NCBI RefSeq assembly: GCF_001447785.1
Contig: NW_015163615.1
Location: 705,433 to 769,432 of the forward strand
Reading direction: 5' to 3'
Source of the DNA: Gekko japonicus
Taxonomy: Eukaryota
DNA: 64,000 nucleotides
The translations under genes and the position numbers were made by a program. Below the pieces are notes generated by a model, which was not told the origin of the DNA, made no database searches, and was given only the letters and a program-made list of their open reading frames with translations. Below, one piece after another: positions 55,801 to 64,000 of the stretch; position 1 is the stretch's first letter; every line of letters starts with the position of its first letter.

Positions 55801-58800
55801 TCCTGGAACTGCCTGCAGATTTGCTTATTATGTTCCTGTGGGACAGGGCGATGGAAGGCATTGATGCACCATCACCTTAGTGCTGGAAAATGTGCTAAGC
55901 CTCCCTCCTCCTTGGCCTTCTGAGATTTCTCCAGGAACTGGCCAAACACTTTGTAGCCTCTGAGGGTTAAAAAACTTTTTTTGAACAAGAGAAAGTGGAG
56001 GATCTCCAGATGCCAGATTTCAGCTTTGGCGCCAAACTACATGCTTTCAGTGTCATCACATCACACGCATGGCTGTGTATAGAAGAACTATTTCCCTGAT
56101 ACCTCAATCATCCATCCAGGTACCTCCCAACTAGAGAAACTCATGAAAGGGAAATCCCACTTAGAAACTTCAAGGGATTCAAGTGGACAAAGCTAAATCA
56201 GGTTGGTTAAAGTCTATCACTCCTGCCATCCAATCAGTAGCCAAAGATAAAGAACAGCTCACTCCCCCCACAGGGTTACTCACTTGCAGGACTTGTGGGA
56301 GCATGGCTTGAACACAGCAGAAATTGGATGCGCATAGCAGATTGGGCATAGGTCCTCCTCACTGGTGGGCTGCAGAAAGAACAACACTCAACATATCAGC
56401 GGCAGCCAGGATTAGCCTACATCAAGTTTAAGTGCAAAGTGACTCATAATGAGAATGCTTTAAGAACAGAGCAACAGGCCTTTACAGTCCATGGAACAAA
56501 GTTCTGCAATTCAACCCTCAAGAGTGGAGTTGCTGGGCAGGTTTGTACTCTCTAGGTTTTAGGGTTCAGACAGAAACCACAATGCCAAAGATCAAGCCAA
56601 GTTGGTTGCTTCACTGCCCCTATCCAGAAGCTCTTGAAGAGAGAAGAAGAGAGAAGACATTGGATTTATACCCCGCCCTTCACTACCCAAAGGTGTCTCA
56701 GAGCGGCTTACAAACTCCTTTCCCTTCCCCTCCCCACCACAGACACCCTGTGCGGTAGGTGGGGCTGAGAGAACTCTGACAGAAACTGCTCTTTTTCAAG
56801 AACAGCTCTTATCAGAACTATGGCTTGCCCAAGGTCATCCAGCCAGGTGCAAGTGGAGGAGTGGGGAATCAAACCCGGTTCTCCCAGATTAGAGTCCGCG
56901 CACTCAACCACTACACCAAACTGGCTTGAGATCAGAGGTGGGTCCCAGTAGGTGAAGAACGCATCCTCCTGTTCTAAGGTACATGAAAATCAGAGCTGTT
57001 TCCACTGGGGTGACTGGGCAGGACATTTCCAGACTTGGGGCCTGAGAGGGCACATTGTCTTCTATGCTGGTTTCTGCTCTACTCTGTGTCTGACTGGTGT
57101 AATTTGGTGAGTAGAGATTTAATTCTACTATTGAGGGAGGAACTGGCAGATAATGCTGCACTGAACAGGCCCAGTTGTCTATACCTGAGGTGGTGATGGG
57201 CCCCCTCCCTCTATTTTGGTACAAATAATTATGGGAACATTAATGGTAAAATCAACTTCTCCCACTGCCATGGGGAAGGGAGAAGGTCTGACAATGCAGG
57301 GTTACAGTCCAGGGTTACAAACCCTTACCAATCCTGTCATAATGAAGTTTGAGTCCAGAGGCAACTTTAAGACCAACAAAGCTTTATTCTGGGTATAAGC
57401 TTTTGGAGCCAGTTTGGTGTAGTGGTTAAGTGCGCGGACTCTAATCTGGGAGAACCGGGTTTGATTCCCCACTCCTCCACTTGCACCTGGCTGGATGACC
57501 TTGGGCAAGCCGTAGTTCTGGTACAGGTGTTCTTGAAAAAGAGCAGTTTCTGTCAGAGCTCTCTCAGTCCCACCTCACAGGGTTTCTGTTGTGGGGAGGG
57601 GAAGGGAAAGGAGTTTGTAAGCCGCTCTGAGACTCAGTTGGGTAATGAAGGGTGGGATATAAACCCAATTTTTTCTTCTTCTTCTTTTGTGTGCATGCAC
57701 ACTTCCTCAGATACAACAATCCTATCATGTAATTTGGGAGGAAGAAAAAGATTCCCCATAATTCTATTTCTTCTTTTACCAGGAATTCCATGACTGGCTC
57801 TGCTGTCCATGGTTCAGAAGAGCTGATTTGGGAATACAGGAGTACATTATGTCATAAACAAGGGGGGGGGAACCCCTGTCTGTGGCCAAGAGGAAGAGCA
57901 ATCCCAGTGGGCATGCTGCCCTACAGCCACCAGGAGGGGGAGGGGCTGAAATACAGCCAAAAAAAGACTTACAAGATATAAATAAAAAACCTCAAGTCTT
58001 ATGAATCACCCCCTTGGTGCAGGGACAAGAGAATACGTACACTTGACTATTCAGCATGCTGTCCTTTAACTTTGATGCTGGGAGAGTTTGTAAGAGTCAA
58101 GTCATGCTTGCTTAGGCCTCCCTGGCTTCACTAACTCTTCACACTGAAAGTACAGTGGACTCAGCCTAGCTTGAGGTTTTTTAGTAAGGTTCACTTTCAG
58201 CCTCCAGATGGGCCTTCACTCTGACACTGGATTTCCCCAAGTGCCAGGGTGGAGCTTTCACATCCACCCCCTGCCTCTGCTCTCCTACTGCAGCAGCCTT
58301 CATGCAGCTCTGAGCCGCAACTGGAAAGCGAGCAGCCACATTAATAATTCAGATCCAGCCAGGATCATGTTTTTTGCTGGATCACGGTTACCTTTCAGAG
58401 GTCACTCAGACACAATCACACGTACAGGGAGCACTTCAGCTCCCAAAATCTCCCTGAGCAGCCACTATTCTACTCTTATGCCCTTTGTCCCACGATGCTT
58501 TCTACACCACATCTCCCATCCCAAAATCAAAGGACACACAATTCTACAGCTTTAATTGATGCACGTTTATCAAGCCTGTTTTGTGTTTATTTTGCATTGC
58601 TGAGTCTTTGTCTTAGATTCAGATCCTAAGACCTAAGGATTCTTTGTTTTAGAGAATCCAGAACTTTTAAAGCAAACATTGGGGAAGAATGGGTTTGAAA
58701 AGGGAGATAATGTGAATTGTAAGGGCACAGCCAAAGATTTAACATTATATGGGACCTAATTTCACCAAAAGCAATGGATTTCTGCGCCATTAGGACATCT

Positions 58801-59253
58801 GCTTGCTCTTCAGTTGTCAGTGACTGAAAGAGAAGGAAAAGGACTAGGCATGGCGGCCCTCACTTCTTCTGAGGCTCAGACTTAGACCTACAGCATGGAG
58901 GCCCACTGCCATGTAGCCTTGACGCATAGGCATCTGAGACGATATTAAGCTAAGCCACACAGCTATCCAGGAAACAAAGAGACATCCAGCACTGAGCCGC
59001 TTCGGCGGGAGGGCGGGATAAAAATTAAATAAATAAATAAAATAAAATAAATAAATAACACTCTTGGTAGCTGCACAGCACTGGCAGATCTCATGGTGAG
59101 AGCCTTCATGCAATTGTGGTTATAATATGCCAAGAATAAAGAGCATTGGGGCACTCACCAAGGTGGAAGCTGCAGCCTGCTTGGACTGTTCACTCAGATG
59201 ACCCAGCATTTGCTCCACTTTAGCTAGCTCATCCTGGCTAATATAGTCAGTGT
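49844..59253 (-). CDS. RNF123: E3 ubiquitin-protein ligase RNF123 (KPC1), last three coding exons including the RING finger; the gene continues beyond the right edge
   Basis: Exons 59159-59253 ([31 protein letters not shown]), 56284-56369 ([29 protein letters not shown]), 49844-49943 ([20 protein letters not shown]). Tail-to-tail with GMPPB as in human. Confidence 0.93.
50900..54330 (-). mobile_element. Highly decayed retrotransposon remnant, possibly DIRS-like, in the last RNF123 intron
   Basis: Scattered minus-strand traces resembling DIRS gag (LPFQ..FG near 52670-52690) and RNase H (GW..HL near 51880-51900). No intact ORF; boundaries uncertain. Confidence 0.35.
53377..53536. mobile_element. 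160-bp near-perfect palindrome of two back-to-back hammerhead-type Penelope units
   Basis: Symmetry axis at TCAGAT|ATCTGA (53456/53457); each half reads TAT-CTGATGA-AGTGTGCA..CAC-AAAA-GCTT-ATA. Confidence 0.75.
56636..56926 (-). mobile_element. tRNA-derived SINE (Squam3-like)
   Basis: Same family as 36903-37186. Confidence 0.85.
57405..57685 (+). mobile_element. tRNA-derived SINE (Squam3-like) nested in a hammerhead-type Penelope unit (57345-57404 and 57686-57714)
   Basis: The host reads ..gggtataagctttt[SINE]ttttgtgtgcatgcacacttcctcagatac. Confidence 0.85.
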
Positions 59254-59617
59254 CTGTGAGGAAAAACAAAGAACAATGACAAACAGGTGTATGTGTGTAC
59301 AGCTTCTGATAGTGAAAGAGGAGGAGGGTGTCTATCCCATATTTCTTTGCTCAGTCCCCTCCCATTTATGAAATTAAACTGACGCTGCAATAGTGAGGAA
59401 TGGCCACATGGTGGCATAACTAGCATGACCTCTGTTAACCCCATAAAACACAAACAAAAGTCTCCAGATTAAGCTCAACATCACCAATGTACTGTGTGCA
59501 GCAGTGACATGTGGCGTGGAGAAGACAAGTGTAGAGTTTTCTTAAGCCAGCAGAGAACAGCCTGTATGCTAGGGTATCTTCTCAGGGTACAGAGCCGTGA
59601 TAGTTCCATGCGGCTTT

Positions 59618-62600
59618 CTTTTCTTTTTTAATTTAAATTTTTATTGTCTCAGTACAGTACAACAGTGAGCTTTCAGATAAATAACACAGTGATTTGGTTA
59701 ACTAAGGTTTAGCCATGGCATTAACAAAACATACAGCCTACAAATACTATTTCACCATTCTAATCTTAAGGGTCTACCTCTGTAGCTCAGAAATACAATA
59801 ACTCCTGGTACTGTTTATTTTTTGTGGTAATTCCTCCCTCTGCAAGGTATTGAACCACTGGGAACCATATTCCTTGAAATGTTTTCTGATAGGAATTAGC
59901 GTTCCAATACATTTGTCGGTTAACTATTTTACAATAAACAAAATGTTCCCATATTTTATTTTGCCAACATGACAAGGTAGGAGTAGCTTTTTCTTTCCAT
60001 TTTTGTGCAAGTGTTATTCTGGCTATTGCTAGTAATGTAGATATTAATATAATTGAGGTGTTTCTTTTACAGGCTTCCGGGAAGCAGAGGTCATTTCGGG
60101 GGTGAACGCGGGGGAACACAGTTCCCCCGGGTGAGGTGCAGGGGGGCGGGGCACATGACAAAGCCCCACCCCCTGCTTCCGGCCGCCCCGCTTCCAGCCC
60201 TCATTCAGCCAGGAGGAGGCAGGAGAAGAGGGGAGGGTAAGTTGCTTCCTCCCCGCCTCTCCCCACCCCTGCCTGCCTGGGGCCAGGGAGGGCCTTGGTG
60301 GGGCTTCCTCGCACTCCCGCTGGCCTTGCAGGTGCACCGTCGGGCCCCTGATGTCAGGGGGTGTGGCATATGCTAATGAGTTATGCTAATTAGTTCCCCT
60401 AGCTCTTTTTCTACAAAATGACCCCTGCCGGGAAGACATCTAGCAAAACTGTCTCGGGTAATGCAGGTAAGTTGTATCCTGTGATAATTGAGATTTGTAA
60501 AAGGATTTGGGTCCAGAACTGCTGAACATGTGGACAAGACCACCAACAGTGCAGGAAGCCGCCTAACTGGTCACAGTTCTTCCAGCAGTATTTTCGGGTT
60601 AATCCTGTTTAATCGTGCTGGTGTAAGGTACCAATGGTTTAGTGTTTTAAAAGTATTCAGTCTGATGCAGAAGATCTTTGAGGATAAACTAGGTGAACGC
60701 CGGATTTCAGTCCAGTTTTCTGGTTGTATCCTGTTTTGGCAATCTTCCTGCCACTGGAGTTGTGAATTCAGGGCGTTTTATTTCTAGTTTGTGTTCAAAG
60801 GATTAATCTACAATATTTTAATGTCACAATTTCTGTCTTTAATTAGCAGTTTAAAATCTGAAAAAGGTGGCAAGTGTCTCGCTGGAAAGCCAATTTTGTA
60901 GTAGGTGTTGAACTTGAAAATATTGGAACCATGGAATCTGCTCTCCGATTTTCTCTTCCAAAGCCGCTTTAGTAAGTGAAATACCTTTGTCAGTGAGATT
61001 TATTTATTTATTTATCTTTGGATTTATATCCCGCCCTACCCTGAAGGCTCATTAAGAAGATCTATTAAATGGGTAAGCCCAGCTAGTTTCCATCTCTGAA
61101 AGGCTCTCTCTTCCTTTCCCAGGGGAAACCATTCTTGGTTGAGATATGACGTTAGTTGTCAGTTACCAACAATGCCTTGCGCCTATCCCAGATCTCTAGG
61201 GCTGCAGTAAAATAAGGGTTTAGCGTGGAATTCGTTTGTCCTTCTCTGGGTTGTCGCCAAATTAAGTCAGATAGTGGTATTGAGCCACTTTTGGTTTCTT
61301 TTATATGTTGCCACGTAGTCTGTCATTAATATTCTTACTATAGAGGATGGTTGTATGGCCTCATAATATAGGGACAGGTCTGGAAAATCCAATCCTCCTG
61401 TCTTTGTTGAGCATTTCAAAGTTGTAAATTTGATTCTAGGTTTCTTGTAGCTCCAAAAGAATTGAAGAAGAGCATTTTGCCCATTTTGTTAAGTCTTTCT
61501 TTGTTATTTGTACAGGTAGTGCTCTTAAAATGAATAAGAAAAACGGCAGTATCAAGCTTTTAATGATGCTTATCCTGACAGCCCAGGAGAGTCCCATAGA
61601 ATTCCACTGTTTCATCTGATTTTTTGCCCCTTGGAAAGTTGTTTGTAAATTGCAAAGGACTATATATTTCAAATACGGAGGGATCTGAATCTCTAAGCAT
61701 CTCCAAGGAGAGTATGACCATTTATATGGGGACTGTGTTTGAATATTTTGCTTTGTGTTTGCGTTGATATTAATAGGAATTATTTTTGATTTTCCTAAAT
61801 TAACTTTTAGACCAAATAAAGCTTGGGTCTTTGAAAAGATGTTCTGTAACTCTAGCAAAGATGATTTCGGATCAGAAAGAAAAATGACTACGTTGTCGGC
61901 ATATAGGCTAACTGTATGGGAGGTGTTGTTAATTTGTATGCCTGTGATATTAGGATTATCTCTTATCGCCTTAGCCATTGGTTCGATTGCTAAGGCGAAA
62001 AGCAAAGGCGACAGTGGGCAGCCTTGTCTTGCGCCCCGTTGCATGGAGATAACTCTGCCTAAGATATTATTAGTTTGTATCCTTGCTATTGGGTTAGCAT
62101 ATAAAGCTCTGATAGTGGTTAGGAATTTATCTCCAAAGTTCATTGCCTTCAACAATTGCTTTAAGTACGTTATCTCTAAGCTATCAAACACTTTCTCTAA
62201 GTCGATTGTTAACAGTAGTGATTCTTCCTTTTGTTCTTTACAATGAGCGATTAGGTTCAAAGTGCAACGGATGTTGTCCATCATTGTTCTTTTGGGAATA
62301 AACCCAGTCTGGTCAGGGGTTATACAATCTAGGATGATTTTTTGTAATCTGTTTGCCAGGATTTTTGCAAATATCTTTGCATCACAGTTCAATAATGCTA
62401 TAGGCGGAGGGGGAATCTCGGTTGTTATTGTCTTTAGGAATAGTTATTATATGGGATTCCCTCCAAGAGGGTGGCATTTTCCGTGTATCCAAAAGATGAT
62501 TGCATGTTCTTGCTAGGTGATCTGCAAGTAGTGTGTTAAATGTTTTGTAAAACAGGGGACCAAAGCCATCACTGCCAGGAGCCGTGTTTGGTTTTGTTTG

Positions 62601-64000
62601 TTTCAAAGCGTCCAGCACTTCTTTACTTGAGATAGGTTGGTCTAAGCTCTGACGATATTCTGGTTTTAGTTCATTTATTAAACTATTTTTATACAGAAAT
62701 TCTTGAATCTCTTCCAATCTGGGATTAGTTGTGCTGTATAGTTTTTCATAAAATTGGGTAAAGCATTCACTTATTTCCAGAGGATTTGTAAGTATAGAAT
62801 TGTTTATATTTTTATAGAGAAGATTTTCCGATCTGCTTGGGTTTTTTTCACTCGCCATACCAGCAGTTTAACACTCTTAGTGTTTTTTGCCAATATAATT
62901 GTTTTGAATACAAAATGTTTTTTTTTTTGTATTTGGTGTACTTCAATAGTTTCCAGAATTTTTCGTGTAGCCAGAAGTTCTTTAATAGATCTTCTTACTT
63001 CCTGTTTTTTTGTGCATAGTTTCTAAGTTTTGTATTTTTTCCAGTAGAGTTTTAACTTCTTGTTCTCTTTCTTTTTTTCATTTTAGAGGCCACTGCAATC
63101 AATTTTCCTCTGGTCAATGCTTTGAAAGCATTCCAGATGATGTGATCTTCTACTTCTCCATTGATGTTTTCTTTGAAATAAAGTTTTATCGTTTGAGTTA
63201 TTTCTTCCTTGTACCGATCATGTAATAAAATAGAATTATTTAATCTCCAGGTTTGTTGTGTATTTATTATATTGTGTTTTCTAAGATGCATTTCGACATA
63301 AGCATGATCAGACCACATAAATGGGCCAATGAGTGTGGTTTCAACATTATTTAAGAGAGAATCTGCAACAATTAAGTAATCTATGCGAGTATAGGTTTCA
63401 AACCTCGGGGAGAAATATGTGTAGTCTCTTTCACCTTTCTGAGTTTCTCTCCAGGAATCATAAAGATGGTATCGTTCTAGAATGTCATGTAACTTTCTGT
63501 ATCTTTTATGATGTCATTTTTTCTGTAGTTTGCCAGATGGTCAACAATTAAATCAAGATGGTGGTTCAACAATTAAATTAAAATCACCGCCGATGATAAC
63601 TTGTCCCTCTTTGAAATTATTAAGCTTTAGTAAAGTCTCATCTAAGAACTGTCCTTGATTAGCAACGTATACTTTCCCAGATGGAAGCCATCTATATTTT
63701 TGCTTTAGCTTCTGCAATTTAGCTGTAGTTGGTTTCAAGCTTCTCCGAATAGCGATTGCTACTTTATGGATATCAAGAAATATTTGCAAATGTTCTCCTT
63801 TGTGTTGAAAAGTTCTCGGTTGTTTGGCTGCTTCCAAAATCGTCCGGCGCACTCTTGCATCTGGTATAGTGATTATTACATTTCTTGGAGTTGGACGGCT
63901 ATTCTTTGGAATGGGTCCCAAGCGGGATGCATATGTAAGTACAGGAAGAACACCCTCCTCCAGCTGTAAAGATTTTGCAATGAGCTGGGCCATCAAGCTG
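59618..64000 (-). mobile_element. L1-clade LINE, decayed (ORF1 C-terminus, endonuclease, reverse transcriptase, 3' end)
   Basis: RT 61436-62392 (NCDAKIFAKILANRL, DQTGFIPKR, GARQGCPLSPLLFALAIEP, SLYADN); APGSDGF; endonuclease IIGGDFN, WSDHA, WRLNN; ORF1 at 63700-64000; frameshifts; A-rich tail near 59620-59645. Confidence 0.93.
60085..60427. mobile_element. GC-rich hAT-like MITE nested in the L1
   Basis: TIRs CAGAGGTCATTT / AAATGACCCCTG; perfect 8-bp TSD CCGGGAAG at 60077-60084 and 60428-60435. Confidence 0.85.

Noticed and set aside
57405-57480. tRNA gene
   Set aside because: tRNA-like head of a multi-copy SINE; same for the copies at 37.1, 44.7 and 56.9 kb.
61755-62516. + strand ORFs of 163 and 84 aa
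   Set aside because: Antisense shadows of the L1 reverse transcriptase.
49950-64000. AMIGO3 nested in RNF123
   Set aside because: No long LRR/Ig ORF on the + strand. In human it lies in a more upstream RNF123 intron, which would fall beyond this window.

Overview
Vertebrate (squamate, most likely gecko, judged from the Sauria/Squam-type SINEs and BovB) genomic window homologous to human 3p21.31. It holds six spliced genes, whose exons I placed by hand from splice sites and recognisable peptides: the 5' part of UBA7 (-), complete TCTA (+, 103 aa), AMT (-, 403 aa), NICN1 (-), GMPPB (+, 360 aa) and the last three exons of RNF123 (-). The rest is intronic or intergenic, with LINEs (L1, BovB, CR1, L2), tRNA- and 5S-derived SINEs, hAT-like MITEs and a probable DIRS remnant. 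The most notable unexplained structures are: (i) a family of palindromic Penelope-type elements carrying minimal hammerhead-ribozyme motifs, with one intact-looking core beside the UBA7/TCTA promoter; (ii) an ORF1-only (HAL1-like) retroelement with a perfect 15-bp TSD; (iii) an 816-bp insertion with a 15-bp TSD and a 104-bp inverted repeat; (iv) a perfect ISRE at the UBA7 5' end; (v) a tandem duplication that copies a GMPPB splice donor; (vi) GC-AG introns and a gene order differing from human. I cannot support a wholly new protein-coding system; most entries in the ORF track are noise.
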